From the NCBI RefSeq assembly GCF_000025505.1, contig NC_013849.1, positions 240,001 to 272,000 on the forward strand: a stretch of 32,000 nt of DNA, read 5' to 3'. Below are positions 24,887 through 32,000 of the stretch, piece after piece. The notes beneath the pieces were generated by a model. It did no database searches, was not told the DNA's origin, and saw only the letters and a list, made by a program, of their open reading frames with translations. The stretch comes from Ferroglobus placidus DSM 10642 (lineage in GTDB: Archaea > Halobacteriota > Archaeoglobi > Archaeoglobales > Archaeoglobaceae). The position numbers and the translations under genes were made by a program. Numbering within the stretch: position 1 is the stretch's first letter; every line of letters starts with the position of its first letter.

Positions 24887-25116
24887 CCCGAATATTTTTC
24901 AAAATCTGAATGAACATATACAATGATAATCTGTAGACTGTATTTTCGAAGGTTTTCGGGAAAAAGTACATATTTTTTCATGACATTTCGTAAAAACCAG
25001 TCCCAAATTAAATAATGATAGATAATGATATTTTAGTGTAAAAGGTGCGTGATGGAGAGTGACGGAAGTTAGAGGAGGTAGATAAGTTAAGGATTTTTAG
25101 TTTGGAGGTGTAGTGT
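24887..25116. promoter_or_regulatory. Divergent leuS / nar operon control region with repeated AATGATA motifs and a palindrome
   Basis: AATGATAAT is at 24922-24930. The tandem ATAATGATA-g-ATAATGATA is at 25012-25030. The palindrome GAAAAA-n8-TTTTTC is at 24960-24979. The GGAGGTG RBS is at 25104-25110. Confidence 0.4.
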
Positions 25117-25896
25117 ATGATTGTTGGAGGAAATAATTTCGTAAGAAGCTTATTCTTGATGCTTGCGGTGACGCTACTGCTATCTCTATCCGCTGGAACC
25201 GGCTATGCGCAAACAGGAGAAGAGATCTTTTCGAGAAAGTGCGTAAGCTGTCATACAATAGGCGGAGGAGACTTGGTAGGTCCAGATCTCCTTGGGATAA
25301 CTGAAAAAAGGGATCGGGAATGGTTAATAAAAGTAATCGTTGATCCCGATTCCTTTTTAGACGATCCAATTCGTCAGGAGAACATCGCCAAGTACGGAGT
25401 TAAGATGCCAGATCTCGGTTTGAGCGAAGAGGAAGCTGTTAAAATAATAGAATTTCTGAGTCAGTTTGCAGCACAGCCTTCCGAAGTAACTCCCGAAGAA
25501 ACGCCAGAAGTCCCGCTGGGAGACCCGGAAATAGGTAGAGCTCTATTCATAGGGGAGATAAGGTTCGCCAATGGCGGACCTCCTTGTGTGGCTTGCCACT
25601 CTGTGAGAAGTGCTGGAATAAACGGGGGAACGCTCGCTAATGATTTAAGCGACCTCTATGCGAGGCTTGGAGACAGAGGAATCTACGGAGCTCTTAAAAG
25701 TCTTCAATTTCCGGTTATGAAGGACGTTTATGCTGGAAAAGAGCTTACTGAAGAAGAGGTTGCGAACTTGGCAGCTTTCTTTAAGGAAGCTTCCGAGATG
25801 AACAGAGCTAAATCTGACATCTATCCGTTATCTGGAATTATCTTGTTTTTAGTTGCAATTGGAGTCGCGACAGTTTATTTCAGGAGGGTGGGTTAA
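25117..25896 (+). CDS. narC: Membrane-anchored di-haem c-type cytochrome, NarC-like
   Basis: It has an N-terminal signal-like segment (FLMLAVTLLLSLSAGTGYAQ), two CxxCH motifs (CVSCH, CVACH) each in a class-I cytochrome c-like context, and a C-terminal TM (LSGIILFLVAIGVATVYF). It sits directly upstream of narG. Confidence 0.7.
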   Translation: MIVGGNNFVRSLFLMLAVTLLLSLSAGTGYAQTGEEIFSRKCVSCHTIGGGDLVGPDLLGITEKRDREWLIKVIVDPDSFLDDPIRQENIAKYGVKMPDLGLSEEEAVKIIEFLSQFAAQPSEVTPEETPEVPLGDPEIGRALFIGEIRFANGGPPCVACHSVRSAGINGGTLANDLSDLYARLGDRGIYGALKSLQFPVMKDVYAGKELTEEEVANLAAFFKEASEMNRAKSDIYPLSGIILFLVAIGVATVYFRRVG

Positions 25897-28800
25897 ATGG
25901 CTGAAAGGATAAAAGATGTGTATTCTCCAGAGTTGAGAAGCTGGGAAGAGTTTTACCGAAACAGATGGCAGTACGATAAAGTTGTTAGGAGCACTCACGG
26001 AGCTAATTGCACGGGAAGCTGCAGCTGGTTTGTTTACGTAAAAGACGGAATAGTTACTTGGGAACTCCAAGCGACCGACTATCCGAGTTTCAACCCAGAT
26101 GTACCTAACTACGAACCAAGAGGGTGTCAGAGGGGAATTAGTGCATCTTGGTATCTCTACAGTCCGTTACGCCCGAAGTATCCTTATGTAAGGGGAGTTC
26201 TCCTCGATCTCTGGAGAGAAGCAAAGGAGAAGCACAAAGACCCGGTGGAAGCTTGGAAGAGCATCGTCGAAAATCCGGAGTTGAGGAACAAGTACGTCAG
26301 AAAGAGAGGAATGGGTGGATTCAGAAGATCGAGCTGGGATGAGGTAGTTGAGATAATAGCCGCTGCAACGATTTACACAGTTAAAAAGTACGGCCCAGAC
26401 AGAGTTATAGGATTCACGCCGATTCCAGCGATGTCGATGATAAGCTACGCCTCTGGAGCAAGATTCCTCCAGCTTTTAGGAGGAGTTTGTCTGAGCTTTT
26501 ACGACTGGTATTGCGATTTACCTCCAGCCTCTCCCCAAATATGGGGTGAGCAAACGGATGTAAACGAGTCGGCAGATTGGTATAATGCCGGATTCATCGC
26601 AATCATGGGTTCGAACTTAAACATGACCAGAACTCCAGACACCCATTACTTATCGGAAGCCAAGTATAGAGGAGCTAAAGTCGTCGTTTTCTCTCCAGAC
26701 TATAGCCAAGTTAGCAAGTTTGCTGATGTATGGATACCAATAGAGCAAGGACACGACGCAGCCTTCTGGATGGCAGCCAACCACGTCATAATGAAGGAGT
26801 TCTACTTCGATAAGGAAACTCCCTACTTCATCGAATACGTGAAAAAGTACACCGATCTACCTTTCTTAGTCAAGTTAAAGCAAGAAGGGGATGTTTTCGT
26901 CTTTGACAGATTTTTGAGGGCATCCGAAATTGAAAGAGGAAAAGATCTGAAAAATGCGGAGTGGATTCTGTGCGTTATGGACGAGAAGGGAGAGATTAGG
27001 ATTCCGAACGGAAGCATTGGATTCAGGTGGGGAGAAGAAGGAAAGTGGAATCTTGAGATGAGAGATGCCGTTGACGGAGAAGAAATTGACGTCAAACTCA
27101 GCCTCTTCGGAGAAGATTACGTGATGGTGAAGTTTTATTACGAAGACTACGGAGAGAGCATACGAGCCGTTCCAGCGAAGAAAATTAAGACAGCCAATGG
27201 AGAAGTCGTAGTCGCTACCGTCTTTGACCTCCTCGCAGCACACCTCGGAATTTCCAGAGGATTGCCAGGGGATTATCCTAAAGACTATGACGACGACAAA
27301 CCTTTCACTCCAGCTTGGCAGGAGAAGTACACGAAGATAAGCAGAAAGACGGTCATAAAGATCGCAAGAGAGTGGGCTGAGAACGGAGAGAAAACTAAGG
27401 GAAGAAACCTCGTGATAATCGGTCCCGGATTGAACCACTGGTACCACAACGATTTAAATTACAGAGCCGTTATCACGGCGTTGATATTAACTGGAAGCGT
27501 CGGAAGAAACGGAGGAGGGCTTGCTCATTACGTTGGACAAGAAAAGGTAGCTCCTATTGCCTCTTGGGCTGTTGTTGCCTTCGCACAGGACTGGGTTAAG
27601 CCACCAAGACTGCAAAACTCACCAAGCTTCTACTACGTGCACACGGATCAGTGGCGATACGATGGATGTAAGTATATAGACAAGGTCGATGGACTGCCGA
27701 AGCACACAATAGACTTCAACGTGAAAGCTGTTAGGCTTGGCTGGTTACCCTTCTATCCTCAATTCAACGAAAATCCTTTGAAGCTCGTGGAAGAGGCTCA
27801 AAAATCGGGAGCTAAGAGTGACGAAGAGATCAGGAGATGGATAGTCAATAAACTGAGGGAAGGAAGTTTGAAGTTCGCAATAGAGGATCCGGACGCTGAA
27901 GAGAACTGGCCGAGAGTATGGTTCATATGGAGAGGGAATGCCATAGGATCGAGCCCCAAGGGTCACGAGTTCTTCCTAAAGCACTTCGTTGGAGCTCCAA
28001 ACAGCAACGCAATGGCTAAAGAGGTCGCCAAGGATCTGGTTGAGGAGGTTGTTTGGAGAGAAGCTCCGGAAGGTAAGCTGGACTTAATCGTTGATTTGAA
28101 CTTCCGAATGGACACAACTGCCGTTTACTCGGACATCGTTTTGCCAGCTGCCCACTGGTACGAAAAGAACGACATTCAATCCACAGATTTGCACACATTC
28201 ATTAACTGTCTTGGAGCTGCAACATCTCCAGCTTGGGAGGCAAAATCCGACTGGGAGATTTTCAAGCTCATCGCAAAGAAATTCAGTGAGCTTGCTGAGA
28301 AGCACTTCCCGAAGCCGGTTAAAGATGTTGTAATGGCACCTCTCCTCCACGACACTCCGGAAGAGATAACCCAGCCGGAGGTCAAGGACTGGAAGAAAGG
28401 AGAGACGGAGCCAATTCCTGGAAAGACCATGCCCAAACTCGTAATAGTCGAAAGGGACTACGCCAACCTGTACAAGCGATTCATATCCTTAGGACCGGGA
28501 ATTAAAACTCTCGGAGCTCACGGAGTTAGCTGGGATGCAAGCGACATTTACGAGGAGCTTCTTGAGAAGTATCCCACGGCGAAGTGGAACGGAAACAAGT
28601 ACATTTCCCTTGAAGACGAGGTGACTGTTGCCAACGTAATTCTGACTTTTGCTCCCGAAACGAACGGAGAGATTAGCTATCGAGGATTCAAGAATTTGGA
28701 GAAGAAGGTCGGTAAAAAGCTTAGTGAAATTGTCGAACCCTACAGAAGCTACAGAGTTACTTTCGAAGATGTCGTGACGCAGCCGAGAAGAATTATCACA

Positions 28801-29466
28801 AGCCCCGTCTGGAGTGGAAACATCAACGATGGAAGAACATATTCCCCCTACACCCTCAACGTCGAATTCGAAATACCTTGGAGGACTCTAAGCGGAAGGC
28901 AGGAGCTCTACCTTGACCATCCCTACTACATAGCCTTCCACGAAGCTTTGCCAACATTCAAGCCCAAGCTCAGCCCCAAGCTTCTTGACGAGCTTGAAGG
29001 AGAAGAAGGACTGATTCTAAACTTTATAACACCTCACGGGAAGTGGAGCATTCACTCAACCTACTACGACAATCTGAGAATGCTAACTTTGTCGAGAGGA
29101 GGGCAGGTAGTCTGGATAAACGACGAAGATGCGAGGAATGCTGGAATAAACGATAACGACTGGGTAGAAGTTTATAACAACAACGGAGTCATAGTTTGCA
29201 GAGCTGTCGTTTCTTCAAGAGTGCCGAAAGGAATGGCAATAATGTACCACGCTCCAGAGAGAACTCTCTACATTCCGAAATCGAAGAAAACTGGAAGGAG
29301 AGGAGGAGTTCATAACAGCGTGACGAGAACGAGGCTCAAACCGCTTCTCATGGTTGGAGGGTATGCGCAGTTCAGCTACTACTTCAACTACTGGGGACCG
29401 ACGGGAGTGAACAGAGACACTTACGTTATTGTTAGGAACGTTATTGTTAGGAAGCTTGAGAGGTGA
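25897..29466 (+). CDS. narG: Respiratory nitrate reductase alpha subunit (no Tat signal)
   Basis: It has the [24 protein letters not shown]0 motif and [21 protein letters not shown], which includes the Mo-ligand Asp context. It appears collinear with E. coli NarG (judged from memory, not aligned). The N-terminus [16 protein letters not shown] has no twin-arginine. Confidence 0.95.
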   Translation: MAERIKDVYSPELRSWEEFYRNRWQYDKVVRSTHGANCTGSCSWFVYVKDGIVTWELQATDYPSFNPDVPNYEPRGCQRGISASWYLYSPLRPKYPYVRGVLLDLWREAKEKHKDPVEAWKSIVENPELRNKYVRKRGMGGFRRSSWDEVVEIIAAATIYTVKKYGPDRVIGFTPIPAMSMISYASGARFLQLLGGVCLSFYDWYCDLPPASPQIWGEQTDVNESADWYNAGFIAIMGSNLNMTRTPDTHYLSEAKYRGAKVVVFSPDYSQVSKFADVWIPIEQGHDAAFWMAANHVIMKEFYFDKETPYFIEYVKKYTDLPFLVKLKQEGDVFVFDRFLRASEIERGKDLKNAEWILCVMDEKGEIRIPNGSIGFRWGEEGKWNLEMRDAVDGEEIDVKLSLFGEDYVMVKFYYEDYGESIRAVPAKKIKTANGEVVVATVFDLLAAHLGISRGLPGDYPKDYDDDKPFTPAWQEKYTKISRKTVIKIAREWAENGEKTKGRNLVIIGPGLNHWYHNDLNYRAVITALILTGSVGRNGGGLAHYVGQEKVAPIASWAVVAFAQDWVKPPRLQNSPSFYYVHTDQWRYDGCKYIDKVDGLPKHTIDFNVKAVRLGWLPFYPQFNENPLKLVEEAQKSGAKSDEEIRRWIVNKLREGSLKFAIEDPDAEENWPRVWFIWRGNAIGSSPKGHEFFLKHFVGAPNSNAMAKEVAKDLVEEVVWREAPEGKLDLIVDLNFRMDTTAVYSDIVLPAAHWYEKNDIQSTDLHTFINCLGAATSPAWEAKSDWEIFKLIAKKFSELAEKHFPKPVKDVVMAPLLHDTPEEITQPEVKDWKKGETEPIPGKTMPKLVIVERDYANLYKRFISLGPGIKTLGAHGVSWDASDIYEELLEKYPTAKWNGNKYISLEDEVTVANVILTFAPETNGEISYRGFKNLEKKVGKKLSEIVEPYRSYRVTFEDVVTQPRRIITSPVWSGNINDGRTYSPYTLNVEFEIPWRTLSGRQELYLDHPYYIAFHEALPTFKPKLSPKLLDELEGEEGLILNFITPHGKWSIHSTYYDNLRMLTLSRGGQVVWINDEDARNAGINDNDWVEVYNNNGVIVCRAVVSSRVPKGMAIMYHAPERTLYIPKSKKTGRRGGVHNSVTRTRLKPLLMVGGYAQFSYYFNYWGPTGVNRDTYVIVRNVIVRKLER
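29425..29454 (+). repeat. In-frame 15-bp tandem duplication at the 3' end of narG (VIVRN|VIVRK)
   Basis: Read directly: gttattgttaggaac followed by gttattgttaggaag, identical at 14 of 15 positions. Confidence 0.9.
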
Positions 29467-29471
29467 TTGTA

Positions 29472-30929
29472 ATGGATGTTAGAGCTCAGCTTGTTATGGT
29501 TTTCAACCTTGACAAGTGCTTAGGCTGTCACACCTGCAGCATAGCCTGCAAGAACATCTGGACAGACAGAAGAGGAGCGGAGTACATGTGGTGGAACAAC
29601 GTTGAAACCAAGCCCGGAGCAGGATATCCGAAATTCTGGGAAGATCAGAAAAGGTACAAAGGTGGATGGGTTCTGAGGGGGGACAAGTTAAAGCTAAGGG
29701 CTTTCAGCAAGCTTTCAACCCTTTTAAACATATTCTACCAGCCCCACATGCCCAGACTCGAAGACTACTACCACCCCTGGACTTACGATTACGCAAAGCT
29801 ATATGAATCCCCAGAAGAAAGCGATCAGCCTGTTGCCGAGCCCATTTCACTCATTTCTGGAGAGAAAATAGACATAGAGTTCGGTCCGAACTGGGATGAC
29901 GATCTTGGAGGTTCGCCCCTTTACGCTGAAGAGGACATCAATTTGGATGAGAGAAGAATAGTCACGAATTTTGGAAGCATCTTCATGTTCTACTTACCAA
30001 GAATTTGCAATCACTGCTTAAATCCAGCCTGCGTAGCAGCTTGCCCCCAAAGAGCCATATACAAGAGAGGAGAGGATGGAATCGTTCTCGTCGACCAGAA
30101 CACATGCAGAGGATGGAGATTTTGCGTAACAGCTTGCCCCTACAAGAAAGTTTACTACAACTGGAACACCGGAAAGTCTGAAAAGTGCATATTCTGCTAT
30201 CCACGAACGGAAACTGCTCAAGCCAACGCCTGTGCTCATAGCTGCGTTGGAAGGATTAGGTACGTTGGAGTAGTTTTGTACGACGCAGATAGAATTGAAG
30301 ATGCTTTGAAAGTTAAAGACGAGGAGCTCGTTGAAGCTCAGAGGAAAATCATCCTCGATCCGAGGGATGAAATGGTTAGAAAAGCTGCCAAGGAAAACGG
30401 AGTTCCGGATAACTGGCTCGAAGCCGCTTTGAAATCACCGGCATATGCTCTAATTAAGGAGTACGAGCTTGCTTTACCTCTGCATCCAGAATTCAGAACA
30501 ATGCCGATGACTTTCTACATTCCACCACTCTCTCCAGTTTTAGCCGTTCACAGAGCAATACACGATGTTGAAGAGCATGAGGAAGTTCCGGACAAGAATT
30601 TGCTAAGAGTTCCGGTGAGGTACCTCTCCAAGCTTTTCGCCGGCGGAAACGAGAGAGTTGTGACTGAGGCACTTGAAAGACTCGTCGCTTTGAGGAAGTA
30701 CATGAGAGCGAGAAACGTCGGAGAGCAGCCAGATGAGGATAGCTTAAGAAAAGCGGGTCTTGATGCTGAAAGCGCTGAAAAGCTGTATCGATTACTCACC
30801 ATAGCGAGCTACAATGAGAGATACGCTATTCCATCTCTCCACAGAGAATACCTTGACGTCACACCCTCAGAGGAAAGGAGGGGAGGAAGTGGTTTCGGTA
30901 TATCGATCAGACCGAGGGGAGGGCAATGA
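29472..30929 (+). CDS. narH: Respiratory nitrate reductase beta subunit
   Basis: It has MDVRAQLVMVFNLDKCLGCHTCSIACKNIW (compare E. coli MKIRSQVGMVLNLDKCIGCHTC), CNHCLNPACVAACP, CRGWRFCVTACPYKK and CIFCYPR. The AGGTGA RBS lies 5 nt before ATG 29472. The ORF-track GTG at 29463 is an alternative start. Confidence 0.95.
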   Translation: MDVRAQLVMVFNLDKCLGCHTCSIACKNIWTDRRGAEYMWWNNVETKPGAGYPKFWEDQKRYKGGWVLRGDKLKLRAFSKLSTLLNIFYQPHMPRLEDYYHPWTYDYAKLYESPEESDQPVAEPISLISGEKIDIEFGPNWDDDLGGSPLYAEEDINLDERRIVTNFGSIFMFYLPRICNHCLNPACVAACPQRAIYKRGEDGIVLVDQNTCRGWRFCVTACPYKKVYYNWNTGKSEKCIFCYPRTETAQANACAHSCVGRIRYVGVVLYDADRIEDALKVKDEELVEAQRKIILDPRDEMVRKAAKENGVPDNWLEAALKSPAYALIKEYELALPLHPEFRTMPMTFYIPPLSPVLAVHRAIHDVEEHEEVPDKNLLRVPVRYLSKLFAGGNERVVTEALERLVALRKYMRARNVGEQPDEDSLRKAGLDAESAEKLYRLLTIASYNERYAIPSLHREYLDVTPSEERRGGSGFGISIRPRGGQ

Positions 30930-31498
30930 AGAAGATGAAAGATTGCTACAAACTCCTATCAAAACTCTTGCAGTATCCAAGCGATCTCTTAGAAATGAGA
31001 GATGCTGCTAAAAAACTTTACAAACTGATAAGAGGCATTGAAGCTGAGGAAATAGAAGAGGCGAAGAAAGAGTTTGAAAAATTTATTGAATTCCTCGAAA
31101 AGTCCACTATAGAAGAAATCGAAGAGGAGTACGTAAGAACTTTTGATTTATTCCCACTCTGCCCCCCTTACGTTTTTCACCACGTTTGCGGTGAGAGTTA
31201 CAGAAGAAGTGAGTATCTGGTTAAGCTCATGGAAATCTATAGAAAGCATGGATTTGAACCAGATAAAACTCTGAAAAAAGAACTTCCCGATCATATAGCT
31301 GTGATCGTAAGCTTTTTGGGAGAGTTAGATGATAGACGAGACTTTCTGGAGTTTATCATAAAAGGTATTAATAAAATGACTGATACTGTGAAGAAGAAAG
31401 AAACTCCTTACAGAGCACTTATTCTCTTAACTCATGCTTTATGCTCTGCAGATTTGAAATTTTGGAGTAAAAAATTGGAGGGGGTGATCGAATGTTAG
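30926..31498 (+). CDS. narJ: Nitrate reductase assembly chaperone (delta subunit)
   Basis: It lies between narH and narI and is about 190 aa, acidic and helical in appearance. It has an ATGA overlap with narH. Confidence 0.75.
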   Translation: MKKMKDCYKLLSKLLQYPSDLLEMRDAAKKLYKLIRGIEAEEIEEAKKEFEKFIEFLEKSTIEEIEEEYVRTFDLFPLCPPYVFHHVCGESYRRSEYLVKLMEIYRKHGFEPDKTLKKELPDHIAVIVSFLGELDDRRDFLEFIIKGINKMTDTVKKKETPYRALILLTHALCSADLKFWSKKLEGVIEC

Positions 31499-32000
31499 AT
31501 ACGTTAATTTTTGTAGTTCTGCCGTACGCTGCGATAGCTCTCGCCTTATTTGTTACACCCTATAGATATTTCAAGAATAGACTTGACTGGAGCGCTTTCT
31601 CAACCCAGTTCTTGGAAAGAAGAAAGCTCTACTGGGGTAGCATTCCCTGGCATTACGGAGTTGTAATTGTTCTTGCCGGTCACCTGATAGGATTTCTGTT
31701 TCCGTCAGCAGTGCAGAGCGCTTTGTCGAATTTCTCCATGCTTATCGTACTGGAAAGCATAGCGCTAGCTCTCGGATTGCTTGCATTGGTTGGTAGCGTT
31801 ATCTTATTAATTAGAAGAGCTTCCGGAATCGTCAGAGCTGTCACAAGCTACTCTGACTGGATAGTCCTTCTACTTGTACTCAACCAAGCAATAACCGGAG
31901 TTTACATGGGAGTTTTCGCCAGATGGGGAATGGAATGGTATTTATACACAGCAGTTCCCTGGCTTTATTCGCTGCTCACGTTAAATCCGCAAATAGGCTA
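31492..32000 (+). CDS. narI: Respiratory nitrate reductase gamma subunit (di-haem b membrane anchor), 5' part; runs off the right edge
   Basis: Own translation: MLDTLIFVVLPYAAIALALFVTPYRYFKNRLDWSAFSTQFLERRKLYWGSIPWHYGVVIVLAGHLIGFLFP..., with the NarI-type His pair (WH..G......GH). It is absent from the ORF track because no stop is reached. Confidence 0.85.
   Translation, partial: MLDTLIFVVLPYAAIALALFVTPYRYFKNRLDWSAFSTQFLERRKLYWGSIPWHYGVVIVLAGHLIGFLFPSAVQSALSNFSMLIVLESIALALGLLALVGSVILLIRRASGIVRAVTSYSDWIVLLLVLNQAITGVYMGVFARWGMEWYLYTAVPWLYSLLTLNPQIG

Noticed and set aside
8923-25116. I searched the spacers (8923-9215, 13831-13901, 20965-21036, 24887-25116) for C/D-box sRNAs and tRNAs.
   Set aside because: There are only imperfect box-like words (for example AGATGATA, AATGATA, CTGT) with no proper C/D' and C'/D arrangement or terminal stem. 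I saw no cloverleaf-compatible G+C-rich segment other than the RNase P RNA.

Overview
This is an archaeal chromosome segment. The gene content includes the exosome/proteasome/RNase P superoperon, L15e, L37ae, RpoP, Cgi121 and ADP-forming acetyl-CoA synthetase. It has an Archaeoglobales-like flavour, perhaps a nitrate-respiring Ferroglobus/Archaeoglobus relative, but that taxon is a guess I cannot verify. Most of the window is tightly packed housekeeping genes with ATGA/GTGA-type overlaps: dtdA (partial), a CHASE4 histidine kinase, a NOG1-like GTPase, a presenilin-like protease, a PIN/PilT-ATPase, hisI, a KaiC-like protein with cgi121 and acdB, acdA, the L15e-to-RpoP superoperon, speE, RNase P RNA, an MBL hydrolase with leuS, and a bacterial-style narC-narGHJI respiratory nitrate reductase operon that runs off the right edge. 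The stand-out is an A+T-rich ~4.4 kb insert (about 9216-13584) between acdA and the ribosomal/exosome superoperon. It carries a four-gene, translationally coupled minus-strand operon. The first gene is Cas10/Csm1-like, with an intact N-terminal HD motif, a zinc finger and no canonical GGDD cyclase motif. It is followed by a Cas5/Csm4-like RAMP, an 89-92 aa Cas11-sized protein, and a single Cas7/Csm3-like RAMP. The window contains no CRISPR array, cas6, cas1/cas2 or CARF/ancillary gene. I read this as an orphan, minimal, cyclase-dead type III (III-F-like) effector module whose guide source and function are unknown. It is bordered by unusual non-coding DNA and a decayed DUF488 gene. Secondary observations are two frame disruptions in otherwise conserved genes (the CHASE4 kinase, and RNase P Pop5 at an A8 slippery run), a Walker-motif-degenerate KaiC-like protein coupled to cgi121, a recent in-frame 15-bp tandem duplication in narG, and repeated motifs in the nar/leuS divergent promoter region. 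All family calls come from motif recognition by eye. No database search was run.
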